DNA of 64,000 nucleotides from a virus: IMG/VR virus record IMGVR_UViG_3300042375_000763, positions 16,191 to 80,190 of that record; one strand, 5' to 3'. Shown piece by piece: positions 48,792 to 58,441 of this stretch (position 1 is its first letter; each line of letters starts with the position of its first letter). The notes under the pieces were generated by a model. It saw only the letters and a program-made list of their open reading frames with translations, ran no database searches and was not told where the DNA came from. The position numbers and the translations under genes were made by a program.

Positions 48792-49530
48792 TTTTATTAT
48801 ACCTATATTCTATTATTTCAAACCTGCCATCCATGTGTTCTACCAAGGCAGTTCCGGATTCAACCCAATCACCGCAATTCATATATTGAATTTCATCAAT
48901 AGTTTTAATCTTTGCTACGTGAATATGCCCACATATAACACCATCATAACCTTCTTCTTTGCAATACTGAGATACACGATTTTCAAAATTGTTAATAAAA
49001 TTTAATGCTTCTTTGGTGTTTTGTTTTAGCCATTTACTTAAGCTCCAATATTCTAGGTTCAATAAATTTCGTATTTTATTGAAATGTATGTTAAACCAGA
49101 TCATAAAGTTATATGCAACATCTCCAATATGCATTAACCATTTGTGATTTACCATTAATGTATCAAAGAAGTCTCCGTGTATTACAAGATATCTTTTGCC
49201 ATTAATCCCAGTATAATCTATTCTATCTAGAAGCTTGATATTACCTACTTCAATATCAAATTGTAAAAACTTTCGAAGAGCTTCATCGTGGTTTCCTAGA
49301 ATATAATAGACATTTGTTCCACGTTTTGCAGCAGTTAAAATTCGTCTTATCACATTAGCATGACTTTGAGGAAAATACCATCGTTTTTGAAGTTGCCAAC
49401 CATCTATAACATCACCAACAAGATATAAATTTTTACATGTATTAGTTTTCAAAAAAGAGCAGAGAGCATCTGCTTGACACCCTCTGCTCCCTAAATGTAT
49501 ATCAGATATAAAAATACTCTTATAATGCAT
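48766..49530 (-). CDS. PlcP/LpxH-like metallophosphoesterase (phospholipase C)
   Basis: FISDIHLG, GDVIDGW, GNHD, IHGD, ICGHIH, N.GDWVES. Confidence 0.85.
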   Translation of the reverse strand: MHYKSIFISDIHLGSRGCQADALCSFLKTNTCKNLYLVGDVIDGWQLQKRWYFPQSHANVIRRILTAAKRGTNVYYILGNHDEALRKFLQFDIEVGNIKLLDRIDYTGINGKRYLVIHGDFFDTLMVNHKWLMHIGDVAYNFMIWFNIHFNKIRNLLNLEYWSLSKWLKQNTKEALNFINNFENRVSQYCKEEGYDGVICGHIHVAKIKTIDEIQYMNCGDWVESGTALVEHMDGRFEIIEYRYNKNVEDTSDY

Positions 49531-49551
49531 GATAGAACCTTTGTAATGTAC

Positions 49552-49995
49552 TCACGGACTATTTATCGAGACCGTTTCTACAAAGACTCCATCTTTTATT
49601 TTCAGTGTTTTCCGAGTAAACGAATCTCGATCAATAAATGCTACTCTGAAATAGTCCCGACCACCGTCAATAGAAACACCATTACCGACACCACGAAAAT
49701 CGTGTCTGTGTTGACTATAATGAAGTTCATCATTTACTTCGACCATGTCAAAGTTAAGATCTTCAATTCGGTCTGCATTGGTAATCATAAGTCTACCCTG
49801 CGAATCATTATACAATCCAAAATACCGATTGCCGAACTCTGGGTGTGGTGTCTCACGGAAAAAGATATCTGCGGCCGAAGCACCATAGTTTGAAGTAGAA
49901 GATGTACAAACATACTTGACTTCAACACCATCCTTTTCGGAATATAGTTGAGCAGCTTTTTGTACATCAAGATATGGGTTGTGTTTAATGTTCAT
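49552..49995 (-). CDS. Conserved hypothetical protein
   Basis: PHPEFGNRYFG, YSQHRHDF, IDGGRDY. Confidence 0.6.
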   Translation of the reverse strand: MNIKHNPYLDVQKAAQLYSEKDGVEVKYVCTSSTSNYGASAADIFFRETPHPEFGNRYFGLYNDSQGRLMITNADRIEDLNFDMVEVNDELHYSQHRHDFRGVGNGVSIDGGRDYFRVAFIDRDSFTRKTLKIKDGVFVETVSINSP

Positions 49996-50810
49996 TTAAT
50001 TCACCTGAGGGATTACAAGACCACGAATAGTTGCTTCTCTGAGCAAAACACAAAGAACAATAGCAACATTTGCGGCAAAATGATTGATTTCATGATTCTT
50101 CATAAAATCGCGAAGCATATCATCGTCACCTTCAAAGCGACGGTCAAGTGGAAGTCCTTGTCTGTCAAATGCGGTAACAAGAGCAATAATGTCTTGATCT
50201 GCAAGTTCTTTGGTATTGATAGGTCTCATTTGTGGGATCCTTTTCTACTTTATAGAATCAGTATATACTATAAGAAGGAAAATGTCAACCCATTTCGTAC
50301 CAATAACCAACCATGTTCCAAGTTGAAGCAGTATTTGCTGTCATTTGAACATGTGCTTTGTCTTCAGTTTGCTCTATAATATAGGGGTTTATTCCTTCTT
50401 CATGGCAAAGTGCTTTATAAGAGTCGAGATTTTTGAGAAGTATCCAACATATCATTAGTTTACCAATGTCCTTTTTGTTTTTCCAGTATGTGGTGGATTG
50501 TGTTTCCGGTTTGAATCGCCAAAGTCTACAACTTCATAGTTACCATTTTTGATGGATTCGTTCATTTTTAAAAGTTCATTGACAATATCAATGATCGGTG
50601 TGTCTATAAATGACTCGCCAGGAGAGAATTGAAAATTGGTTAAACCCGAACCTTCGTGCTTCATCTTTTCCATGTAAACATATCGAACAAGCTCATACTT
50701 AGCATTACGTGCACGCAAGTATTTGTTTTCGTCCTCGGTGAGTTGTTCACCACTAAATGCTTTCATAATCAATTCAAATGCTTTATCTATCATGATATAC
50801 CTTTTAATTT

Positions 50811-50892
50811 TGGAGGCGCCTCTCGGAGTCGAACCGAGTACTTTCGTGCTTCGGATTTGCAATCCGACCCATTACCGTCCTGGCCAGGCGCC
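50811..50892 (-). tRNA. tRNA-Cys(GCA) with long variable arm
   Basis: Loop TTGCAAA, U73. Confidence 0.85.
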
Positions 50893-51104
50893 ATTATTTA
50901 CTATTTATTAATCATTGAAATCTAAACGTAGTGTATAGATCTTTCTTTTCCTTTGATAACCACCAGTAGTCGCAAGAACACAGTTCTCTGGTATTTCCGC
51001 CGTCTTCTCTTACAAGAACATATGAACATCCAGCTGGCATGTATTCTATTGGTTGCCATTCCCATGAAGAAAAATATTTAATATCCAATTTTCGCCTTTA
51101 TAGT

Positions 51105-51176
51105 TGGTAGCGTCTGTCGGAGTTGAACCGACCCTAGATCCTTATGAGAGACCCGTCTAAACCACTTAGAGACGCC
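51105..51176 (-). tRNA. tRNA(CAT), compact; probably elongator Met
   Basis: Loop CTCATAA; 5-nt D loop; leader 2 contains an internal ATG. Confidence 0.7.
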
Positions 51177-51285
51177 ATGATCATTAACTTAATGCTGCAC
51201 TAGGGTTCTTATTGAGAACATTCCAGCGCAAGGTTTTATCGTTTTCGGGAGCAACCCCTATACGCCTAGTGCATCATAAAGTTAA

Positions 51286-51373
51286 TGGAGATCCAGAAGG
51301 GAATTGAACCCTTATAACCTTTCGGTAGTGACTTAAAAGGACACCGCTCTTGACCAATGAGAGCACCTGGACC
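51286..51373 (-). tRNA. tRNA-Lys(TTT) with long variable arm
   Basis: Loop CTTTTAA; ACC-GAAA-GGT arm. Confidence 0.8.
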
Positions 51374-51381
51374 GTATAGTT

Positions 51382-51467
51382 TGGTGAACCGCCTGGGAAT
51401 TGAACCCAGATAGCTTTCGCGACAGGTTAAGAGCCTGTTCCTATTGACCAATGATAGGACGCGGTCC
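51382..51467 (-). tRNA. tRNA-Lys(CTT) with long variable arm
   Basis: Loop CTCTTAA; GC-GAAA-GC arm. Confidence 0.8.
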
Positions 51468-51475
51468 GTAAATTT

Positions 51476-51552
51476 TGGTAGCGCATACGGGTTTCGAACC
51501 CGTTTCTCCGCCTTGAAAGGGCGGCGACCTTCGCCAAGAAGTCCAATGCGCC
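51476..51552 (-). tRNA. tRNA-Glu(TTC)
   Basis: Loop CTTTCAA. Confidence 0.9.
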
Positions 51553-51659
51553 ATTATTCAGAAGATACACTGTTCCTTACCCCTATGAAGTTATCGTCGG
51601 ACAACAGATACGCATACCTACTTTTCTATGATGGATTAACCAGTGTATCATCAGAATAA

Positions 51660-51735
51660 TGGTGCAGCCCCGCGGGATCGAACCGCATCCTCTAGTTTTT
51701 CAGACTAGCGTACACACCAGTTATACCAGGGCTAC
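51660..51735 (-). tRNA. tRNA-Phe(GAA)
   Basis: Loop CTGAAAA. Confidence 0.9.
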
Positions 51736-51739
51736 ATTT

Positions 51740-51823
51740 TGGTGGGTCGGGCAGGAATCGAACCTGCCGTGGGTTTCCCCGACGGATTTACAATCCGCTG
51801 CCACACCTTGTGGCATCCGACCC
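51740..51823 (-). tRNA. tRNA-Tyr(GTA)
   Basis: Loop TTGTAAA, long variable arm. Confidence 0.9.
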
Positions 51824-51828
51824 ATATT

Positions 51829-51902
51829 TGGTGTTCCTACGAGGTAACGATCCTCGGTCTCTCGCTTATCAGGCGAATGCTCTACCATTGAGCTATAGGA
51901 AC
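51829..51902 (-). tRNA. tRNA-Ile(GAT)
   Basis: Loop CTGATAA. Confidence 0.88.
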
Positions 51903-51919
51903 CTAAATTGTCAAAGAGC
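51903..51919 (-). promoter_or_regulatory. boxA directly after the attenuator 2 terminator
   Basis: GCTCTTTGACAATTTAG. Confidence 0.7.
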
Positions 51920-51922
51920 AAT

Positions 51923-51956
51923 AAAAAACCCTCCGAGGATTTTTCCAGGAGGGTTC
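51923..51956 (-). terminator. Intrinsic terminator of attenuator 2
   Basis: AACCCTCC..GGAGGGTT followed by a U tract. Confidence 0.85.
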
Positions 51957-51985
51957 TAAAACTATATACTTATTTGCATAAGATA

Positions 51986-52045
51986 TCAGTCTCGGGAACC
52001 CTCCCAAGTCATATATTCCTCAAATTTGCAAATAAAGTAAGTCAT
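51986..52045 (-). CDS. Leader peptide of tRNA cluster 2 (MTYFICKFEEYMTWEGSRD)
   Basis: SD GAGGA; GGAGGGTTC in the ORF complementary to terminator arm GAACCCTCC. Confidence 0.85.
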   Translation of the reverse strand: MTYFICKFEEYMTWEGSRD

Positions 52046-52069
52046 TTTAGTCCTCTGTTTTGTTTTAAT

Positions 52070-52122
52070 CTGGATGAGCTTGGTTTTGTATATCAAACAA
52101 TTTTAGTTGCTGTATTCATCCA
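52070..52122 (-). ncRNA. Motif RNA, copy 8 (5' of leader 2)
   Basis: TGGATGA-A-TACAGCAA...TCATCCA-G. Confidence 0.7.
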
Positions 52123-52132
52123 TTATTTGGTT

Positions 52133-52171
52133 TATTTATATAATATATACTGATTCTGTGTGTTTGTCAAC
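52133..52171 (-). promoter_or_regulatory. Tandem early (TTGACA/TATATT with GAATC) and late (TATAAATA) promoters for tRNA cluster 2
   Basis: GTTGACAAACACACAGAATCAGTATATATTATATAAATA. Confidence 0.75.
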
Positions 52172-52724
52172 AATTATTTTTAACTTTTATTCATAATTTT
52201 TAGAAAGGCGGCGAATAGCCTTGGCACTCATACGTTTTGCATATTTGTTACCGGGGCGACCCCAGCAACCAGCTGCTTTTCGTCCAATTTTTTTATAGAA
52301 GTTCATCAGTCAGTCTCCGTTTCGGTATATTTAAATATTATACTGATTCTGTGTGTTTGTCAACAATTAGTTTGTTACCATGGCAGAAAATTTGGAGGGT
52401 TCCGTAAAACTAACCATATACAGATCAATGTTGTGACAATTCCAGTGATAAAACCAAGAATAAACATCAAGCGGCCTCCACCCAATCACGTTGGGATTGA
52501 ATAATCATTTCCATCTCAGACCGTTCAGCAACCTCTTCATAATTCTCGGCAATATCAATCATTGCTTCAAGAATCTGTTGACGGTTATAACCAAACGTAT
52601 CTGCACGCCGAGCCAAATTTCGCATATTTTTTGCAAACTCATAGGCGGCTTGAATATCCATAGCATGATTCCTTTTCATTTCACATAGACATATTAATAT
52701 AATCAGAATCGTTTGTCAACTAAT

Positions 52725-53027
52725 TTAATAGTGATTATGATAAGTAATTGTAGAAACAGAGTAAACATGCCCATCAGGTGTATGAGCAATTTTAACTGTC
52801 GCTGTATTCCGCCCTTCATTCAGTTTTTTTACATACTCCGAACTGCCATACTCATTAAATACTACTCGTTTATATCCTCGGGCCAAAATCATCGTGTGAA
52901 TTTTGTCATAATGCTTATTCTTATCACCACGAAATAGAGTCCTAGAAACAGAAGCACTCCCACCATTTTCATAATAGTGAAGACCGAGAGTCGTAAGTTC
53001 TGTATGTAACGGAACAAGTTTCAGCAT
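52725..53027 (-). CDS. Hypothetical protein
   Basis: ORF track. Confidence 0.5.
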   Translation of the reverse strand: MLKLVPLHTELTTLGLHYYENGGSASVSRTLFRGDKNKHYDKIHTMILARGYKRVVFNEYGSSEYVKKLNEGRNTATVKIAHTPDGHVYSVSTITYHNHY

Positions 53028-53029
53028 GA

Positions 53030-53305
53030 TTAGACCTTTTCACCAAGTTTGTTTATATAGGCCTGCATAAACTGACTCCATTCAACTAAAGGTTCAATTT
53101 CACGGAACATTCGATCCATGGCCCAGTAAGGCCATTCTTGTTCGATTGTAATCTCTACAGCTTTACTGATGCAAGCCTTTGCAAGGTTCCATTCTTGTTG
53201 AGAACCTGCATGATGATAACTTGCATCATTCAGACACTTTTTGAATTCTTGAAAACCTTCGAGAGGGCATTCAGTTTTTGAGTTCCACGGAGAAACTGCT
53301 TTCAT
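53030..53305 (-). CDS. Early hypothetical protein
   Basis: After an early promoter. Confidence 0.55.
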   Translation of the reverse strand: MKAVSPWNSKTECPLEGFQEFKKCLNDASYHHAGSQQEWNLAKACISKAVEITIEQEWPYWAMDRMFREIEPLVEWSQFMQAYINKLGEKV

Positions 53306-53375
53306 TTGGTTTCCTTTACCTTATAGAATCAGTATATACTATAAGGGAGGAAATGTCAACAGTTATTTTCAATAA

Positions 53376-53684
53376 TCATATGCCAAAACTTTCACCACAG
53401 CCACATTTTGCTTTTGCGTTAGGATTCAATACTGTCAGATAGTTGCCACTTAGTTTACGAATGTAATCCACAGTACAACCAAATACAAACATCTCAGCCA
53501 TAGTATCCAAGACAAGAATGTCTTGCACTAATGTACCTTTGTCGGTCTCATCAGTAAAGTTCCATTCATATTTGAACCCACTGCATCCACCACCTTTGAC
53601 GTTAAGATAAACATATCGTGTGCCGTTATCCTCAGTCATCTTAGTAAGATATTCTTTTGCTGTCGATGTAATATTTAAAAGCAT
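53376..53684 (-). CDS. HesB/IscA Fe-S cluster assembly protein
   Basis: GGGCSGFKY, NPNA..CGCGESF. Confidence 0.9.
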   Translation of the reverse strand: MLLNITSTAKEYLTKMTEDNGTRYVYLNVKGGGCSGFKYEWNFTDETDKGTLVQDILVLDTMAEMFVFGCTVDYIRKLSGNYLTVLNPNAKAKCGCGESFGI

Positions 53685-53691
53685 TTGTTTT

Positions 53692-54132
53692 TTACTCGCA
53701 CCATGATTTTTTGGCATCACCATAATATTCTCTGGCATAACCATTCTCGATAAGAAGTTTTGTAAGACTTTTACCATCTATGAGAATATCACCAAGAACA
53801 CGGCCGCCGAACTTGTCCCACTCGTAAATTACAATTTCTGTTTTCTTTGCTTCAGCAAGAAGTTTCTTTGTAAATTTACTTGCATCTTCTCCAAGTTTTT
53901 TCTCAGAATCACAATTTGCGCGGAATGATTTTTCAGGTGTATCTACACCCCAGACGCGTAATGATAACTTTTTGTCGAGTGGTGCTGGAAGAAAGTCTGC
54001 TTTAAATTCCACAGTATCACCATCTATCACACGAATAATTTCATATGGATATGGCACACCTTTAGGTATTTTTGGTCCTGCTAACCCAATTGAAGGGATT
54101 AACAGGACCAATAGAAATATGAATAGTCTCAT
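53692..54132 (-). CDS. Thermonuclease (SNase) family protein
   Basis: RVIDGDT, GVDTPE, DKFGGRVLG; signal peptide. Confidence 0.88.
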   Translation of the reverse strand: MRLFIFLLVLLIPSIGLAGPKIPKGVPYPYEIIRVIDGDTVEFKADFLPAPLDKKLSLRVWGVDTPEKSFRANCDSEKKLGEDASKFTKKLLAEAKKTEIVIYEWDKFGGRVLGDILIDGKSLTKLLIENGYAREYYGDAKKSWCE

Positions 54133-54293
54133 AAAATAACTCCTTTTGGAGCTATTTATTAGAAATAAGTCCCAGCCAATGATTCAAGTGTTGTTGAATA
54201 CTTGTAGTCTTCCGTGAAGAACCAGCATAAAGAACTTCCTCACCTGGCTCGATCTTCTGGTCAAACTCGTTTACATATGATTCTTCAACAAAC

Positions 54294-54989
54294 TCAGTCA
54301 TGTTCATATTCCTCTACTTCAATACCATTAGTTGAAACAACTACTTTGGAGTGGTCACCAAACATAGCGCGCATAAGATCTTCATCAATACCAGAGATCA
54401 TACTTTGGATCTCTTTGTAATCCTTTTTTAGATTTGGATAATTTGACACAACTAACTCTGCAGTCTGAAGCTGATCTTGAACACTCTCCTTTGAAACATA
54501 ATGTGGTTTCCATTCACTCATAAGATCTTCTTCAGTCTTGTATTCACGTCTATTGTAAGAATACGAACTACTAGTATCAAAAGGATTGCGATTATATCGT
54601 TTGATATATTCTTCTTTATGCTTTCGAGCTTCTCCCATGGGATCTTTTTCCCATGCTTCCCATTTTGCAATATGTTCTTTCAAGTTATTGATATTATCTT
54701 TGTCGTATATTTCGGAACCTTCGTACTCGCAAGCATCTTCGTCATTCTTCAAAAGAATATGTACGTCATGCACGCTAAATTCACATGCTTCACCATCATT
54801 AAAGTGAGGTGTATACTGTGTCCAGAAAATACTTTCGACAACTTCATCATATTTTTCTAGAAAGCCACGGAATGCTTCCTTCATTAGTTCCTTTGAGTTT
54901 TCACGCATTTTCTCATTCAGAGCATTAATTTGCTCCTGAAGAGTTTTGTGTTCTTTCTTCAATGTATTAAGCAATTTTTCGTCCATCAA
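54294..54989 (-). CDS. Conserved phage hypothetical protein
   Basis: WTQYTPHFNDGEACEF, FGDH, EEYEHD. Confidence 0.65.
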   Translation of the reverse strand: MMDEKLLNTLKKEHKTLQEQINALNEKMRENSKELMKEAFRGFLEKYDEVVESIFWTQYTPHFNDGEACEFSVHDVHILLKNDEDACEYEGSEIYDKDNINNLKEHIAKWEAWEKDPMGEARKHKEEYIKRYNRNPFDTSSSYSYNRREYKTEEDLMSEWKPHYVSKESVQDQLQTAELVVSNYPNLKKDYKEIQSMISGIDEDLMRAMFGDHSKVVVSTNGIEVEEYEHD

Positions 54990-55348
54990 TCAGCCTCCAT
55001 ACCGATGCTTTCAACATATGTTTTCAACCCTTTACCTACCATCCAATTCTTTGGTGGTAGATCACCCAACCATTCATCAATAGTCGGAATTTTACCTTGG
55101 CAATCCTCTTTAACATGATCTTCTGCAACATCACGGACAGAGATCTTCTTACCATCACTATTTACAATATAGACACCAAACAATTGTTCGGCAAGGAAAA
55201 TACCAAACGTGTTGTGTAGAATTGCACGATGGTAAAAATTTGCAGTGGATGCTTTGGTGCTATCAAACCAGTTGTGAATTTGAAGATAATCTTCTTCTAC
55301 CCCACCATACCGTTTTACTGAGTTACGAGCATGAATAAGAGGTTTCAT
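54986..55348 (-). CDS. Conserved phage hypothetical protein (His-rich)
   Basis: HARNSVKRYGG, IHNWFDSTK, HRAILH, EDHVKED. Confidence 0.65.
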   Translation of the reverse strand: MKPLIHARNSVKRYGGVEEDYLQIHNWFDSTKASTANFYHRAILHNTFGIFLAEQLFGVYIVNSDGKKISVRDVAEDHVKEDCQGKIPTIDEWLGDLPPKNWMVGKGLKTYVESIGMEAD

Positions 55349-55857
55349 TTTACTTCTTCACCATGTAGAATACGAAGAATCTTTGACGCAAGCTCGTATT
55401 CACCAGCTTGAGAACCGTATTGGAAACCGTCAGAATATACATCGTCTGCATTGCCAAAACTAAACGGCATACCGTCGCTATCAAGACCCATATCATAGAA
55501 TGTTACATCTTCGCCTTCAGGTCTCTCTTCTTTTAACTCTGATAGTGTGGCGTTGCCACTTGCCAATACTTTATTGACTAGATCGTAGATAAAATCAAGC
55601 TTGTCCATCGTTCTTTTTCCCATAGTATAGATTATCAAAATCACAGTTCAGATGATTTCCATCCTTGAAAAGGATCTCATTATCAGTTGGAACAGGTCCG
55701 ACCTTTTGTTTCCATAGTTTACGAAAGCTTTGATAGTTCATTATATAATCTCCATGATATAATTTAATAGTAGTATAACATATTTTATGCAAAATGTCAA
55801 CAAATTTGTTATTGAACCGTATATCCTTTATAAATAATAAAAATAAAGGAGAATGAA

Positions 55858-56640
55858 TTGTTTATAGAAAATAAATACACCAAAATATACTATTCGATCA
55901 TATATAATGCAAAAGCTAAATCAAGAATAAAAGGTGATATGTATTATGAAAATCATCATATAAAACCAAAATCATTAGGTGGTAATAATGATAAAGATAA
56001 TCTTGTTTTATTAACACCGAGAGAACATTTTATATGCCATTTACTACTTGCAAAAATTACCTTAGATTCTGATAGAATAAAAATGATTTATGCTCTTAGA
56101 AGATTAGCAAATAGTAACATAGTTTTAAACTCTCGGCAGTATGATGTGGTAAGAAATTTGCATATATCTGTATTAAAATCTATCCCTAAATCCGAAGAAC
56201 ATAAAAAGAAAATATCAGAAGCAAATAAAGGAAGAAAATTAACACGTGAACACAGGGAAAAGTTAAGAAAACCTAAAACTGAAGAGCATAAGGACAAGTT
56301 AAGAAAACCAAAATTAAATTCAGAAAATATGGGCAGATATGAAAGAACAGAAGAAACCAGAAGAAAAATGAGTGAATCTCATATAGGTTTACAGTTTGGT
56401 GAAAAGAATCCAATGTTCGGAAAAAAGCATACCGAAGAAGTTAAATTAGCACATTCCGAAAGAATGAAAGGTAATCAGAATGGGAAGGGTTGGATTCCTT
56501 CTGAAGATGCTCGGGCCAAAATGTTAGCCCGAGCAAAAAATCGTAAAGTAACTGTTTGTCCATACTGTCAAGGTTCTTATGTAGGTTCTAATTACACAAG
56601 ATGGCACGGAGACAATTGCAAATTAAAAGTCGTATCGTGA
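55858..56640 (+). CDS. HNH homing endonuclease with NUMOD3 motifs
   Basis: ENHHIKPKSLGG..NLVLLTPREHFICH; NPMFGKKHTEE; late promoter 55829-55836. Confidence 0.88.
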   Translation: MFIENKYTKIYYSIIYNAKAKSRIKGDMYYENHHIKPKSLGGNNDKDNLVLLTPREHFICHLLLAKITLDSDRIKMIYALRRLANSNIVLNSRQYDVVRNLHISVLKSIPKSEEHKKKISEANKGRKLTREHREKLRKPKTEEHKDKLRKPKLNSENMGRYERTEETRRKMSESHIGLQFGEKNPMFGKKHTEEVKLAHSERMKGNQNGKGWIPSEDARAKMLARAKNRKVTVCPYCQGSYVGSNYTRWHGDNCKLKVVS

Positions 56641-58086
56641 ATCCATGATTACTTTCATCATCATAGCTTGAGGCGTAAACTCTTCTGGGTTTGCACCTAG
56701 AACAGTTGCCATAATTGATGGGCTAAACCCTGATACAATGACAACCCCCTGATCATTAACCTTTACAGGAGATTGATCTGCACTTGCCCTAGCAGCTAGG
56801 TTCCAGAAGATAATTTTTGGGCAATTATATCCAGCATCACGATATTTTTGGCGAGCCATTTCTAGTGCGGTCGCGTCAGTACCACGGATTGCTGCATCAT
56901 TAAATTGCATATCACTCATGATGGCAATAAATTCTGGCATATTATCTGGTGCAACATTACCACTCTTCGCAGTCTGTAGTAGACTATCGAAAGCCTTGGT
57001 AAGGTTGGTGTCGTAACCAACAGCACCTGACATCTGGCGCATCTTCTGGGAAAGTGTACCCTTCAGAACCTGAATAGTTGCAGAACTGGTGAAAGTAATG
57101 AACATATCCTTGAAGTCAGATGAAGTCTTGGAAGATAGATACAGACCTAGTGAAAGGGCAATATCCATGGCAGTCATACCACCAGCGAGCATAGTACCCA
57201 TGGAACCTGACACGTCGACCATTGGCATGATCTTGGTGTCACCGACATAGTTTGGCAGAGCATCGAACTGTGCGTTAGCAACAGCCTCGTTACCATGACG
57301 AAGTGACTTGACAACATCGTATGGGTAAACTGCACCAGCATTGATCTTGACCTTTGGATCACGCTCTTCCTGTGGCTTCTGAAGCTCACGGATATAAGCA
57401 GAGTAAGCATCAGCGGCATTCTTACCGAAAGCCTTCTGGTAACGGGCAGAAGCAAGTGATGGAACATGCGAGAAGTTAATCTCGTCCCAGCGCTTGGCAC
57501 ACATCAGAGACTCAACAACACGAGTCGAACCAACAAGAATCTGACGATACTCCTTTGGAGAGAGCATCATGAACTTGCGCAGTTCGCTTGCGTTCTTTAG
57601 CTTCTCCATCTTACCTGGAGTAGTTGACTTCTTGCTTGATGCAAGACGTGGAGCCCACTTTGCGGCAAGACCGTCACCATTCATGAGTGCGTCAGCAAAC
57701 ATGCGGAGTGCATTTTTGCGGTTAGCAGGATCACGATATGCAAAGAGGTCGTCCCAACGGCCAAGTTCTGGAACCTTGTGCATGATGCGACCAGCTAGTG
57801 CTGGGCTCTGTGCTTCGAGTGAACGAAGAAGATTACGGAAGGTCTGGCGCTCACCAGCACCGGAACGGACGTCACGTGCCCATAGAAGAACACGAACAGC
57901 TAGGTTCTCATCTTCTGCAAGTGCAGCGGAGAACGAAGGTGTCAGGTCACGACCACGGCTTGAACCGATCTTACCGAAAAGGTCAAGGACCTTAGAGTCG
58001 GAAGTTGCCCATGCCTTCATACCGTTCTCGGTACGAGATACCTCCGCTGATTTTTGATTTGCAACTGCTTGTGAAAAAGTAGCCAT
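56623..58086 (-). CDS. DUF2828 family Ro60/TROVE-like protein with vWA domain
   Basis: TENG, RDVRSGAGER, GRWDDL, AKWAPR, VPS.A..Y.KAF, MIDAS DVSGSM, SDMQF, IIFWNL. Confidence 0.85.
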   Translation of the reverse strand: MATFSQAVANQKSAEVSRTENGMKAWATSDSKVLDLFGKIGSSRGRDLTPSFSAALAEDENLAVRVLLWARDVRSGAGERQTFRNLLRSLEAQSPALAGRIMHKVPELGRWDDLFAYRDPANRKNALRMFADALMNGDGLAAKWAPRLASSKKSTTPGKMEKLKNASELRKFMMLSPKEYRQILVGSTRVVESLMCAKRWDEINFSHVPSLASARYQKAFGKNAADAYSAYIRELQKPQEERDPKVKINAGAVYPYDVVKSLRHGNEAVANAQFDALPNYVGDTKIMPMVDVSGSMGTMLAGGMTAMDIALSLGLYLSSKTSSDFKDMFITFTSSATIQVLKGTLSQKMRQMSGAVGYDTNLTKAFDSLLQTAKSGNVAPDNMPEFIAIMSDMQFNDAAIRGTDATALEMARQKYRDAGYNCPKIIFWNLAARASADQSPVKVNDQGVVIVSGFSPSIMATVLGANPEEFTPQAMMMKVIMDSRYDF

Positions 58087-58100
58087 AATGTAGTTCCTTC

Positions 58101-58157
58101 CAGGTTAGTTTTTGTGTTTTCAATATAAACATTATTAGGTTCTGCGGAACCTAACCT
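58101..58157 (-). promoter_or_regulatory. Motif RNA, copy 9, abutting the SD of the DUF2828 gene
   Basis: AGGTTAG-G-TTCCGCAG...CTAACCT-G-GAAGGA-N8-ATG. Confidence 0.75.
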
Positions 58158-58441
58158 TTGGATGTTAGTTTAATTTATACCAATTCTTTGGGTTTGTCAA
58201 CAGATTTTTTAGAGTACACTGTAAAATAAAAATTTGTTTCTGCCATATCGTCTTTATATCGCCAGAACATTTCTTTTTTCTTTTGGGGTAGTGTATCGAA
58301 CCATTGCCAGAATTGTTGCTTAAATTCTAGATATTCGGGGTGTTTTCTGTCCATTTACTTCACAGAGTTATGTTTACATTTATATCAGTATTTCTGAAAA
58401 TGTATTATTAAATTTAAATTAAATGTGACTATTAAATGGTA

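Noticed and set aside
57569-58057. Long plus-strand antisense ORFs (also 8421-8915, 45596-46240, 63338-63715)
   Set aside because: Shadows of well-supported minus-strand genes.
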